A stretch of 64,000 bases of DNA from Octopus bimaculoides (GCF_001194135.2 NC_068990.1:19626272-19690271), one strand, 5' to 3'. Positions 38,480 to 52,349 are shown, counted from the stretch's first letter. A program made the numbers and translations. The notes: a model not told the origin generated them from the sequence alone.

Positions 38480-40805
38480 TATAACATAAATAATATATAA
38501 ATATATGCATATATCCATACATATATGTACAAACCTAATCTATATGTATACATGCATGCATATATGGGTACAGGACATCACAAAAATCTTAAACACAATG
38601 AGAAACGAAAACATAAAGACGAAGACAGAAAACGAACATTTTTTCGAACAACGAAAAAAACAAACAGAGAAATGAGACATGCAACATAAAGAATATTTCC
38701 CTTCTTCTGTTGTCCCTGTTCCAACTACCTCGCGTCTCGAAGGCAAGGACAATACGCGACTTCGTTGGAACAGTCCTTCTCGCAAAGTAAATTAAATAAA
38801 ATTTAGAATTTTTTGCGGAGGGTGAAAGTGTAAACAAGAACAGGACAGTGAGAACAAGACAGTAAAAAACAGTAAAAACAAGACAGAACAGTGATAACAA
38901 ACAGTGAGGTCTGTTAGGCCAAGACGATAGAAAAATTATTTTGAACGCTAGTTAGATGTGAAAGAGAGATAAAAATTCACGTCTTCTCTAGAGGAAGGCA
39001 GGAAATAGAAAGAAAGAATCCCTTTCATCACGTGTCAGCGACGAGAGGGTCTAGGATGAGGAGTGAGAGAGAGGGACCGGTGAAAGGAAGAGAAGAATAG
39101 GGAGGGGTTGGGAGAGAAAAACAGAAAGGATGAAGAACAAGAGAGGGAGTGAGACAGACAGGGAAGTAATATTTGTAGAGTGCGCAGTAGTAATTATTAA
39201 GATAAAACATACTTGGGAGGATGCGTGCCGTTCGATCATATAATAACATAAATAATATATAAATATATGCATATATCCATACATATATGTACATACCTGC
39301 ATCTATATGTATACTTACATGCATATATGGGTACAGGACATCACAAAAAAAAAATACAATGAGAAACGAAAAAATGTTCGTTTTCTGTTTTAGTCTTTAT
39401 GTTTCCAAATTTTATTTAATTCCAAATTTTATTTAATTTACTTTGCGGGAAGGACTGTTCCAACGAAGTCGAGGAATATTCAGATAATATGAGAAATGCT
39501 ATTGAAAATTGATAACAAATGAAACGTCTTTTATTAAAATATGTCAAAATTGCTGTTTTATATAATTTAATATTTATTATATAATTATCCAAAGGGTGTT
39601 CCGAGGTTTTGGTTCCCCCCCTCCCGTGGTGTGCAGATATTGTATACTGAGAAAAAGGAATCAGTAAGAATTTTGGATAATTCTTTATTTGCGCGTTTTT
39701 ATATATCTATCTATCCTTTCCCCATCCTTTATTATTTTGTTCCTCTTTCTTGATTACCTTAAAATCCCCCTCTCTCTGTGTATTACCCCACTCTGCTTTT
39801 TTTTCTCTCTTTTCCCCTTTTCGCAACAAAACAAAAGCATTTTTCTCCCATTCTAAACAAAGCAAAAAAAGCATCCGATTCATATAAATGAACTACGAAA
39901 CGGTCTGTTTTCCCCATTTTGATTTTGGTTTCGTCTTGACGAGTACGATAAACGAACGAAGGCGCTAATAAAGAATTATCCAAAATTCTGACTGCCTCCA
40001 CTTTCTCAATATATATATATATATATATATATAAACAAATAGTAAATGAGTATATGCATATATACGTACAGGTATGTGCATACCGACATCCACCTGTATG
40101 TATAGGTGCATATCTGGGTACAGGACATTGCAAACAAAACAGAGACGAGAAAACACACAAGCCACATAGAGAACATTCTACTTCATCAGCTACCCCCGTT
40201 TTAACACCGGCGTTTCGAAGAGCTGGGCAGGACGCATCGTTAAAACGGCTCTTCCCATGGACAGCAAATTAAATTTGTATACACAAATTAAATCTTGCCA
40301 TGGAGGAATGTAGTGGCGGACAAAAAACAAGACAGGAAAACAAACAGAAAAGGCTTTACGGCCAGACGAGAAAAATTATGTGTGTATGAACGCTGTGAGG
40401 CACGAACTTGAAAGTAGGGACGAAGTGGTTCACGTGTTTGCTCGGCGATAGCCAAGGAAGAAAAGGATTATTGATCGGAAGCATGTGACCATGCCGGTGT
40501 AAGGGGAAGAGAGAGAGTGGTAGAGGGAGAAACAAAGGGAGGAAGTAGAAGAATAGGTGAGCAACGAGAGGAAAAGAGAAAGAGAGGAAGTACGAGGGGG
40601 AAAAAAGAGATACGTAGTAGTAACAGAGGAAAAACGAGAGGAGGAAAAATGATAGAGAAAGAGAAAGAGAAAGAGATAGAGTAGCGTCGGAAAATATGAA
40701 GTTACGAAAACTACTTACAATTGGAGACGCTGCGTTCAGTCATGTAAAAACAAATAGTATGTGCATACCGACATCCACCTGTATGTATAGGTGCATATCT
40801 GGGTA
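38480..40805 (+). repeat. Cluster of family X units (direct plus inverted)
   Basis: GGGTA(CAGGACAT) anchors at 38566, 39329, 40116 and 40801. 38480-38610 is nearly identical to 39240-39370. 40050-40120 is nearly identical to 40750-40805. Both long units share GGCCA(A)GACGA..AAAAATTA..GAACGCT. Confidence 0.7.
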
Positions 40806-40892
40806 GACTCTCAAACATACATAATACATCCATACATACATACAAATATATGTGTGTGTGTGTGTGTGTGTGTGCGCGTGTATATATATGTA

Positions 40893-40929
<37 letters not shown>

Positions 40930-41669
40930 ATAAATGTATGTACACATTTAGACCATATACATACATAGATTGGACCAAGCGAACACATAAACACACATAT
41001 GCATTAATATATATTACGGAGAATAGAGATTCGGCAAATCGAAAAGTACAATTGAAAATAGAATCACACGGAAAGGAAACACTGGCATACATATAATGAT
41101 GTAAAACTTGTGCAAATATTGAAAATGTCTAACATCAGTTACATTCTAGAAGCTTCTAAACCTTTTGCGGTGTAAGTATGTAATTCGAAATGTAAAACTT
41201 TATACCATAAAATAGTTTAGAAATACGTCCCACTCATTGTCAAAAAAGGTCAGAAGATACATAGAAAATGGCGGAAAGCATCTAACATACTTATGTTTAA
41301 TCGTTCTAACTCGAACTACTTCCGATTTCGATGAGTAAGAATAGTAGATCACAATGGTTCAACATGCAACGGATGACAGCGTTAGTTTCGATTTTTAGAT
41401 ATAAAGCTGATTTAAATTGAAAGACAATGAAAAACATGAAACATGAAACACAACAGATATTTTGACTGATGTAAAGGAAGATGCGAATATCGAAAGGTTT
41501 ACTGTTACTAAACTTATTTAGTGCGTTGTTAAAGGAGACGAGTCAGCTCCCTTCAGATGTCACTTCTAATCCTACTGATTCGTGCGAGAGCCATTTCCAG
41601 GATAATTTAGTTTGCCTACATTTTTGTACGTCTTGTACACTAGGCTGTTGTCGGTTTGCACATTATTGT

Positions 41670-41675
41670 TGCTGC

Positions 41676-41745
<70 letters not shown>

Positions 41746-41790
41746 GTTGTTGTCGTTGTTGTTCTTGTCCCTGTTGTTGTTGTTGTTGAC
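41670..41790. repeat. (ATT)n/(GTT)n microsatellite
   Basis: Directly visible. Confidence 0.95.
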
Positions 41791-43849
41791 GAGGAGGAGA
41801 AGGGGAGGAAGTGGATGAAGAGGAGGTAAAGGACGAGGAGGTGTAGGAGTATTACGTTACTTTTAAGTGGTCGCAGCTACAAAATGACACAAAATGACAC
41901 AAGCTCTTTATATCGTCTGCCAATTGAAAATAGTAAGATATATATCTATTTATTTATTTCTGCTCATTCTGTACTTTCTACCACAGCTCTCTCTCTCTTT
42001 CGCTTTCTCTTTATTATTAGTTAATAAATCGTATGGTATACACCTGGTAAATTACTGCTAAAGCACGGTCACTTGGTTAGTATTTGATTAATGGGTATTT
42101 GATAAATGAGATGGATGATGGAAAATACGAGAATGTTTGTTGATCACTACAATTGTTTCCACTCATCTAACATCGATACTATGGGATACTGAAGTCTGGT
42201 TTAGGTGTATCTGTCGGTGTAGATGTGTCTCCTCGGGTGACAACATGTACCTCGTTAAAATATGAGTATAGTAATGTAATCCGGTATACAATAGCACACC
42301 ACCACCACCACATCTCACATGCATTTATACATACATGCATGCACGTGTGTGTATATATGTGTGTTTGTTTGTGTCCATTTGATATGCACATACTATTTCT
42401 AGAGCCGTTTATCGGTTTGAATCAGTGATAAATGTACATGTTATAAACTTTTTATGAAATTTGCAAACTGAGACGACGTAGTTTAATCGCGAGCTGTTTC
42501 ATCTTAAATGTCAATGCAAACATGCGCACTGATGAGCTGAATGATTGAACTTGAACATTGCAGCATAAAGTATAAAGAGTAAATTAAAAAGAATAATAAG
42601 CTTGATGTCTTTAAATTCAGAGCTTCTAATTAGCGGATTGACGCATGCATTAATCATCTCCGTCTACAATGTCTCTGTTACTGAGCTAACTTTAATACAT
42701 CCTTTTAACGTATAGTAATCTACTACTGTATATAATTGGTATGTAGTTACGTAGATGTTTATGGCGAGGCCAAATTGGCCGACATCTCATAGAATGTACA
42801 TACACAAGCCCGTTATATATTCCACATGTTCTGATTTACATAAAAAGGAAAAACGCTTGGAATCCATTAGCTGTCACCTCAAGAGGCACCAACTTTTCTT
42901 TGATCAACACAATCTCACTAACCAGTATAGTCCACGATACTGCTATCAAGATAATTACTGTTTTATGATCTTGCATTTCTGAACTCAGTAATATCACTCA
43001 CATGATGTCGCTGATTTGCTTATTCGTTTTGACTGAAATGAAGTGGCTTCTTATATATACGGCATTTGATGTGAAACGAACGATATACGTTTGATATGAA
43101 ACGAATCACATATTCAAAAACATTACAGAGATAATGTTAAGTACGTGCCATTGTCTTAGGAATGTTTATAGTTGGAGATATGTTAATGCATTAATATANN
43201 NNNNNNNNNNNNNNNNNNNNNNNNNNNNNNNNNNNNNNNNNNNNNNNNNNNNNNNNNNNNNNNNNNNNNNNNNNNNNNNNNNNNNNNNNNNNNNNNNNTT
43301 TTTAGTGAAATTCCCTTAACTGAGGCGAAGCCACTTAGAGAATTTTGATAACTTACGAGAAATGAATATTATGTTTGCATAAAGACAGCGGGATTAGAAA
43401 GAGTGTTCATATTAAACCAGGAACAAAACAATATGTTGACGAAAGAAATACGTGTTATTTTACCTTGTATAGATATTAGATTTATTTAGGCTTACGGAAA
43501 AGCTACTCTGTTCATTCAAGGCCGCAGGGAAGCTTGAAGTTAATTTTACTTTTACACGATATCAGAGAAACAAATTCAATCCAAAAGCTGGGAGCAGTGA
43601 GCAGTCTAGTTTGTCCTTGAAACATAAAAGCATTTTTAAAGCAATGACGGATATTGGGACGCAACAAAAACAGCATTTTTTTCCTAATTACTTCCAAAAG
43701 CTCAAAGCAGGCTTGTAATGCCACACGATTCAAATGGGATGTCACCTCGACACGATATATGTTAAAAATTTATAAAAGACCTACCTGTCTAATAATTTTG
43801 GACATCGTGCACAGCAACTTAATCTCTTCAACTCTAAGTACAAGGCATG

Positions 43850-44035
43850 ACATTTTTGGGGAAGCGGCCAGTCGATTAGATCGACCCCAGTACGCAAATG
43901 GTACTTAATTTATCGACGCCGAAAGAATGAAGGGCAAAGTCGACCTCGGCGGAATTTGAACTCAGAACGTAAAGACAGAGGAAATACTGCTAAGCACTTC
44001 ACCCGCGGGCTAACGTTTTTACCAGCTCGCCGCCT
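43850..44035 (-). mobile_element. Family A SINE
   Basis: GATCGACCCCAGTACGCAAATGGTACTTAATTTATCGAC...GGCAAAGTCGACCTCGGCGGAATTTGAACTCAGAAC...CCAGCTCGCCGCC. Confidence 0.9.
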
Positions 44036-44157
44036 GGCACAACAACAGGATATAATCCATTTTTGTGGTGAAATCAACATTACTCATTGTTATTCAACAT
44101 TAAACTGTGTAAGAACATCAGCTATATTGTGCTGCGTGTTCTTTAGATAGTGGTTGG

Positions 44158-44193
<36 letters not shown>

Positions 44194-45289
44194 ATGTATA
44201 TATAAATGTGGATATATANNNNNNNNNNNNNNNNNNNNNNNNNNNNNNNNNNNNNNNNNNNNNNNNNNNNNNNNNNNNNNNNNNNNNNNNNNNNNNNNNN
44301 NNNNNNNNNNNNNNNNNNNNNNNNNNNNNNNNNNNNNNNNNNNNNNNNNNNNNNNNNNNNNNNNNNNNNNNNNNNNNNNNNNNNNNNNNNNNNNNNNNNN
44401 NNNNNNNNNNNNNNNNNNNNNNNNNNNNNNNNNNNNNNNNNNNNNNNNNNNNNNNNNNNNNNNNNNNNNNNNNNNNNNNNNNNNNNNNNNNNNNNNNNNN
44501 NNNNNNNNNNNNNNNNNNNNNNNNNNNNNNNNNNNNNNNNNNNNNNNNNNNNNNNNNNNNNNNCACGTATACATATATATCATGTCACACACAGAGTCAC
44601 AAAGACAGGCAATTAGACACACACATACACATGTTTTGTTTGATTTCGTGTGAATGTCTGATGGTGTCGATGGTTGCGCTGGAGGTGGTGGTAGTGGTGC
44701 TATGGTGTGTGTATGTGTACATATGTATACACACACACATACATAAAATACCACTTCTGTAATATAAATATATTATTGATAGCGAACAACGTTTTCTCTT
44801 TTCTTCCATTTCTCTCTGTCTGTTTTTCTGAAGAAGGACTTACATATGAAACGTTAAAAATATTTCTTTCAGTTTTAGCATGAACCTAAAAAACATTTTG
44901 TCGTTTGTGTTGTTAATTTTAATATATCATTTTGTTTTTACCAATTTCCGTCTATCTACTTGCCTACCTCTTTATCTACTTCCTCACTCGTGGATAAGAG
45001 CGTATGTTCTAATGTATTATGAGTGTATGCACATGTGCTTTGTTAGTGATATATTTGATTTGCTGTTTACAGTAGCCACATCAATAGCGTTTCAAAATAA
45101 ATTAGATCTTTATTATAAAAATATCAAAGCAGACACATTGAAATATTAACGGTATTTGAGCTAATAAACTATGACATAGGTTTTAATCTTGTATCGCTTC
45201 AGTAACACAAACTAATTATATAAGCCTAAGAAATTGAAAAAATAAATGAATAAATAAAATAGCGTGTGCATATGTGCATATATGTGTTT

Positions 45290-45420
45290 CCCAACCACAT
45301 GGTTTTGAGGTTCAGTCCCACAACGTGACGCCCTGGGAAAACGTTTTCTACTGCAGCCTCAGTCCGACCAAATACTTGTGAGAGGATTTGATTGACAGAA
45401 ACTGAAATACACTCGCCGTA
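45290..45420 (+). mobile_element. Family C SINE, 5' half, followed by a long (TA/TG) low-complexity tract
   Basis: CCCAACCACATGGTTTTGAGGTTCAGTCCCAC...GCCTCAGTCCGACCAAA..CTTGTGAG.GGATTTG. Confidence 0.8.
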
Positions 45421-46424
45421 TGTATATATTTAAGTGTGCGTGAGTATGTGTATACATCACTCACACAAGCACACATATATATATGTATATGTACATACAT
45501 AAGTGTATGCAAACACACACACACACACATATATATATGCCTGCATATATAGACATACAACTATATATATTTGTATATCTATATGTGCCCACACATGCAC
45601 ATACATATACGTGTAGATGTGTTTATATACATCCATATATATATATATATAATATAAATAATATCTATAAATATGATACTATATATATAATATAAATAAT
45701 ATATATAGATATGATAATAATAATAATAATAATTAATTCGTTTTATTGGCCACAAGGGCTAATATCAATTAAAGACATATAAGGACAAAGACAGGACGAA
45801 GGTTACAAAAGGTTTTGTCCGAAAAGGTAGGAAAGTTCGTCTAAACAGAGGAAGAAAACGGAGAAGGATATAATAAATAAATAGATAAATAAATAGATAA
45901 ATAANNNNNNNNNNAGTTCGTTTTGGCATTTTTATTTTCTGCGGAGTGAAACTGCGTCTGCGCAGTGGATTTTGAAAAAAATTATAATGTATATCTGGAA
46001 GACATGTGCATTTGGCCGTTTGTCTCGTAGTTATACGATAATCCTTGGCGGCTGGTTACTGAAAAGAATTTGCCTAGTAATTTTTTTTTATTTACTAAAA
46101 AATTCGAAACCAATAGGACGAACAGTTAAAAATAAGATAAAAATTTTAAGTTTTTCTTCCCTTTGAAATGTTTTAACTTTGTGGTTTTCGGTCGTTTTTG
46201 ACTGCCTTCTAGCGTGTAGAAATTGCCTATAATAGGTAATTTCTCTTATATTTTATATTGAATATGTTGTCTATTGACTTTTTTACACGCAAGGCCACTT
46301 GGTAGTAAAATTTTGTATAGTTTTGCTGCTCTTTATATATATATACTTAAGTATATAGATATATATATAGATATATATATCTATACTTTGATACTTTGAT
46401 ATGTTTCGGCCAGTCTAACTTAAT

Positions 46425-47225
46425 AGGTTATGTCTAGCTTAATAGCACCAGTTTGCAAAGTCATTCAAACCAAGAAACATGGGCCACTCGAGGAGAGAGT
46501 TATTGTTTATGGAGATATACCCGAGTGTAGGACGTCTATCCGGGATTTTTTGAAGGAATTTATCCAAAGACTTCTTGAACTTTATGTGGTCTGTTTCTGC
46601 TTTAATGTGTTTTGGTGTAACGTTAAAAAGAGCGGGGCGAATTGAGGTGAAATAATTGTGCCGTATAGTTATGTAATGTGAGTACGATTTATGTTGTGGG
46701 CGGATAACACGCGGTCGATATCTTGGGAGTATCATAAAGGCGATTCCAACATCATTTGAGCAATGCTGGTGGAATATTTTCCACATCATGCAGATGATGT
46801 AGCGCTCATGGCGGCGTTGGAAGGAATAAATCTTGAGCTTCTAGTCGACTCCAATACTCAAGGCCTGTCATGCATCTATCTTCTTTGTAATTGACCTTTG
46901 AGGTTGCTTCAATTTTCATGATAATTTATTTCGTATGGGGAGACCACAGTGGACAACAGTATTCAAGGTGGTGTCGGGCAAACGTAGAGAAGAATAATGG
47001 TGTGGACATCTCTCGACTGTAAAGTTCTGAGAGTCCAGGAACACATTCTGCGAGCCATGCCATTCTTCTGAGCGGCCCGGCTTATTTTCTTGTCCACAAT
47101 TACTCCCAAGTCTCTGATGCTGTTGGATGCCATGAGAGTTTCACGTGAAGGAAGTGGGTATGGTAGTTTCAGGGTATCTTCTTTTCCGAAGTAGGTTATT
47201 TCAAATTTGTCCTCGTTCAGCAGCA
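46425..47225 (-). mobile_element. CR1-like LINE, 3' portion (late RT and C-terminus), frameshifted
   Basis: ORF-track pieces LNEDKFEITYFG...IRDLGVIVD...ARRMCSWTLRTLQSRD...LY and FTSIRPALFNVTPKHIKAETDHIKFKKSLDKFLQKIPD match CR1 motifs (LN--K, -DLGV-vD, GP-LFN-LP, FK--LDKFL--IPD). Confidence 0.88.
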
Positions 47226-48109
47226 TATATATATAAACGTTTATACACGTACATGAATATGAACATGTATATACAGACACACACTTAGACACATAAATAT
47301 GTATAAGGGATCAAATTTTGTTGAAATATATATTCATTAAAATTCATTTTAATGTTGGTGTTTAGCGCCAGACAATCATCGTTCCAGCATACAAGGTTAC
47401 GGTTGAATGAACATGTCTAGTGACACTCACTAGCTGTCAGGGCTGTCTGAATTTTATCTGTCAAATGTAGGAGAGGAAGATCTCGTGTTTAGTAGTCTTA
47501 GAAATTTTGTAGTTCCCCCACTACGACCATGCGTTAATATGTGACATTATCTTTTGCGGCGACAATGATGGCTGGCACAGTTGAATGAATATGTCTAGTG
47601 ACAGTTCCAAAATAAAGTTCTCAAAATTTAATCTATCGAGTGGTAGAGCGGACAAGAGTTATTTCTATGTAGTCTAGTCGTTGAATAGTAATAGTTTGTG
47701 CTTATGTATGCAGGAATCAAATTTAGCTATTAAGTGTTTTAGTTTTTCTAACCATTCAACACTTATGTATATGTAGAATCTGCCAATTAGCAGTCATGAT
47801 TGTGTCCAATGTTTAGGTTGTTAACTGTATAAATTCAACATGTCAAACAGTAGAATGAGTTTGTGTGTGAAAAACTGTTCGTGAATGGAGCTTGTTAAAG
47901 TTTATTTAGTCTTGGTTTGTCCTTTTCTATGAATATATTTTCTTTGTTTCTCTGTGCTTGATCTGTGGTATTGACTGAACAACGGTAAATGGAAAGACTT
48001 GGAACATGGGAGACTTAATTTTTGCACATATGTCTGTGTGTCCATAACATGGTATCTACCTCGTACTGCGGTTCCGTGTTTGTTGCTTACTCTCTCTCTC
48101 TCTCTCTTT

Positions 48110-48260
48110 TTTACTCTTTTACTTGTTTCAGTCATTTGACTGTGGCCATGCTGGAGCACCGCCTCTAGTCGAGCAAATCGACCCCAGGACTTATTCTTTG
48201 TAAGCCTAGTACTTAGTCTATCGGTCTTTTTTGCCGAACCGCNNNNNNNNNNACACAAAT

Positions 48261-48297
<37 letters not shown>

Positions 48298-48445
48298 CGA
48301 CAGGCTTCTTTCAGTTTCCGTCTACCAAATCCACTCACAAGGCTTTGGTCGGCTCGAGGCTATAGTAGAAAACACGTGCCCAAGGTGCCACGCAGTGGGA
48401 TTGAACCCGGAACCATGTGTTTCGTAAGCAAGCTACTTACCACAA
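48110..48445 (-). mobile_element. Family C SINE, near full length
   Basis: Tail TTTTACTTGTTTCAGTCATTTGACTGTGGCCATGCTGGAGCACCGCC through head CCCAAGGTGCCACGCAGTGGGATTGAACCCGGAACCATGTG; central (CA)n(TA)n. Confidence 0.92.
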
Positions 48446-49474
48446 GAGTGAGTTTTGTTTGACCTATGTAAACTTAGTTACACCCTTTACATTTAATCGT
48501 ATATATTACATTTTTTGATGATCAGATAAAATGATCTTTTTTTATGGTAAAAACATGTCCTGCCTGGAAATTATATATATCGTCTTCAATGAGGTTGATG
48601 CAAGTCCCGCATTTAGGACGGCCACACATTTTGAAAGTTGGTGTGAGGTTTGTGGAGGGTAATTTAGAACTGGTGAGCAATTTCTTGAGGGATTTTGATT
48701 GTTTTTTATTTTAAATTATTTTTTGTATTTCTAGTGTTTGCTTCATTCTTGGGTCTTGGCTCAAAACCCGCGTTCTTGGGTCTTGTCTTGGGTCTTCTTC
48801 TGGTAGATAATGTTTCAGAACTCTGTTTTTTGGGGGGGAGGGGTTGTGTGTTGTAATGAAGGTAAGAGTATTGGGTGTATCAGAAGAGTTTTTTTTTTGT
48901 TTTTTCGCAATTNNNNNNNNNNTGAAGGTAAGAGTATTGGGTGTATCAGAAGAGTTTTTTTTTTGTTTTTTCGCAATTCTCGAATATTTATTGCTTTGGT
49001 GCGCTCTTTTCGGTTGACTATTAACATTAGCGGATATTTTCTCTCGTGTAGTTGTTGTTTATTTTTCTTGAAGTCTTTTGTTACTAGTTTTAGCGTCTAA
49101 AAAAGAACTTGCTTGACAACCGGTGTTGGTTTGTTTACGTCACTGTATCTAGCACTTCGGCAAATAGAAACTGATAGACCAAGTACTAGGCTTTAAAAAA
49201 TTGAGTAATGTGATTGATTCATTCGACGAAAAGTTCTTCAATGCGGTGCCCCAGTATGGACAGTCTAATCTTCGAATGGAGTTGAACAAGCATCTCTACT
49301 CCCACACCTCACTTCTCTTATCTGCGCTTAATGTAAGATCTGCTTCATACGTTAAATCTCTACTACTACTACTACTACTACTATATAAATATATACTCAC
49401 ACGCACATATATACACACGTATATATGTATGTATTCATGTATGTATATATATGTATATGAATAAATAGATAAAT

Positions 49475-49525
<51 letters not shown>

Positions 49526-52166
49526 AAGAGATGTAGCAATGATCATAATAAATATAATTGAATCCTATGTGACATACTGACACTAGCAAAATCTTTCGCG
49601 TTGATGTACAAAATGTACTTAAAAAATAATTACCTCTTAGGGATATTTGATTATTTCATATCAGCTGCGCCAGAAACTTCCTGAGAGAATTCAATATCAA
49701 ACATATTGTTCTGTTTTATTGCCTGTAGGTTCTAACAATGCTATTTGGTTTAAGATTGATAGTACAATATTAAACATAGCTGGAATCATTACAACAGTTT
49801 TCTTTGCATTTTGTAATACCTCTAACATACTGAAACACGCAATATATTTCTGTTCGAATAATATTCAAAATACACACACATGCACACACAAACACGCACG
49901 CACAACCACATACTCATATATATATATTAGAATATACATACTGCTTATTTAATTCTGCACCAAAATACTTGAAGGATTTATTACACTTAGTTACATCAGA
50001 GCTTGGATCTCACACTAACATGTGCGATTCAGTAATTGCTATGCTCTACGTCATTATCAATCACTCATTCAGGAGATCACTTTTGAAGCTCACTCTCTGT
50101 TTCTGAGATTCTCTAACAGGTGACAGAAATTAATTATCTGCCTATATTAGTTTCGGATTCTATTATAAATATACCATTTCAGTCCGAACATCTTTTATTC
50201 GGTCTAATATATTTAACATTTTATTTTCCTCTTTCGTTCTTTAATTTGGTTTGCAAGGTTCTTGATGTGAACTCTTGTGTTGTATTATTTTTTGTATTAT
50301 TTTCTCACATCTATTTAAATGTAGATATAATTTCTGTAATCTTGGCGATTGGCAGAAAGACTTGAAGTAGAGCTGGAACGGAGGGGGTATGGCATTGATG
50401 AGGTCACGAATGTCAACGAAAGGACTTTGATCCACAAACTGATTAACCGACCGAACGATGACTCAAATAATCGATCAATTAATTGGTTAAATAGATAATC
50501 AACTGACAAGGACAAATAAAGAAGTAAAAAAAAGACAGGGCGTGTGTTCATTATTGACATAATGATCTTTATCAAAGTTGTATATTTAATTTCAAACTAC
50601 ATACTAAATTTAGTTGCATCCGTTCCTATATTTCACAGTGCGATATGTGATTCAGCAATTGTGATGTTTTGCTCCATCCGCAAACATTAATTTAGGGGAT
50701 CTGTTGTGAACACAACCCCCATTTATGAAATTCTTTGCTAGGTGATATGAATGTATGACCGGATTATATTAAACACATGTGGCTCCCCTATTAGACAACT
50801 ATTACAAAGGAAGAAATTTGAAGTTAATTATAGTAGTTTTGTATTAAATGAAAACACTATTTTATCTTGAATATATTCAATTCGCCTCAATTTTTTTCAT
50901 ATCTCCTTTTCTTATTCCTTTCTTACTTTTTTTCTCCTAGGATTTGTGTCTCGATTCTTTTAACGATTTTATACAAACACTTTGATCGTCATATGGGCTG
51001 AATTGCGTATAAATTCAATTGATAATACTAAACTAATAGTTTTCATGATTGGGACAACACTAGATATTTTAGAGGAAATAATCAACGATGATGATGATGA
51101 TGATGATGATCGTGATGGTGGTGATGATTTATCTCATTTGCGACGCAGTGCATCCGAATGCAATGGGATATTATAAGTACAAGTTAGAATTCATGTTGAG
51201 GTTTATATGAAACAGAGAGTAGGGAAAATGAGACGTAGGAGAAAAAAAATAAATTTTTTTCGTATTTTGCAAATCATACAAATGCTTGGATGATAAAATC
51301 ATCTTGATACAAGAGAGCATCCACCGCCAGTCAAGGAACCCCACAGGTGCAGTGTAATCGTGAACAGAAAAGGGGCGAGATCTCACCCAGATTTTCTCTA
51401 ATCTACAAACACCTGCATAAATTATTTACACGCGCCCTAATCATTTTCGTCACAGGCGCCGAACACTTGTGAAATTCACTGGAGAATAACACCTCTCACT
51501 CTATCGTCACTTGCTCTTTCAAATAGAGCTTGAACAAAACAAGTTCATGGGGGCTTGACGAAAGGGGCATATTGCTCAATCTTTTCAGCCCCGTCCATCA
51601 TGTGTCTTGCTATAGTCACCTGAATAGGTGAACATTACATGCTGAGCCTCTTTCATTAATAGAAGTTGGTGGTGTGCTCTTCACAATAGTTGGATCCGCC
51701 CTACACAATACAAAAGCGATTCGACATATCTCCACAACTCAACAATGCTCGGACAACCCTTTACACTACTGTGCTGTTGCTCTATACACATCGCTAACAT
51801 TTCCATAAGCAAATATTTTCGGTGAAAATTGTTATTTTTTTAATTATCTCAATCATTGAACTTCTAAACCTTTAAGTTGCAGGGATATAAACAAACCAAT
51901 ATCGCTTTTCAAGCAGAGGTGGGGGTCAAACATGAATACATAAACATAGATACGATAGGCATCCACATATATTAATAAGGTATTGATCGAACCGGGGTTA
52001 TTGTAGAAGATTTTTGCACAATGTACCGTCTAGTGGGACTGAATCTAACACCAAGTAGTTTCAAAGTGAGATTTTTAACCGCACAGCAATGCCTACCCCT
52101 AGGAACAAAGCATTCTTTTATCTATCAGTCCGCCTTTTCATCCAGCTTCCCCCAAATTTCATAATA

Positions 52167-52349
52167 TATTTCTTTATTGCCCACAGGGGCTAAACATAGA
52201 GGGGACAAACAAGGACAGACAGAGGGATTAAGTCGATTAAATCGACTCCAGTTCGTAACTGGTACTTATTTAATCGACCCCGAAATGATGAAAAGCAAAG
52301 TCGACCTCGGCGGAATTTGAACTCAGAACGTAACAGCAGACGAAATACC
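52167..52349 (-). mobile_element. Family A SINE lacking its 5' ~45 nt
   Basis: Tail ATTTCTTTATTGCCCACAGGGGCTAAAC through AGCAGACGAAATACC; no head. Confidence 0.9.

Noticed and set aside
45920-46350. Possible non-autonomous Helitron (minus-strand TATATATATAAAG start)
   Set aside because: No 3' hairpin or CTRR end could be identified.
48857-48978. 56-bp exact direct repeat
   Set aside because: The copies sit either side of a 10-N gap, typical of unmerged overlapping contig ends.
50395-50425. TTGATGAGGTC...ACGAAA hammerhead-like string
   Set aside because: C3 is missing, stem II has only about 2 bp, and there is no stem I or III.
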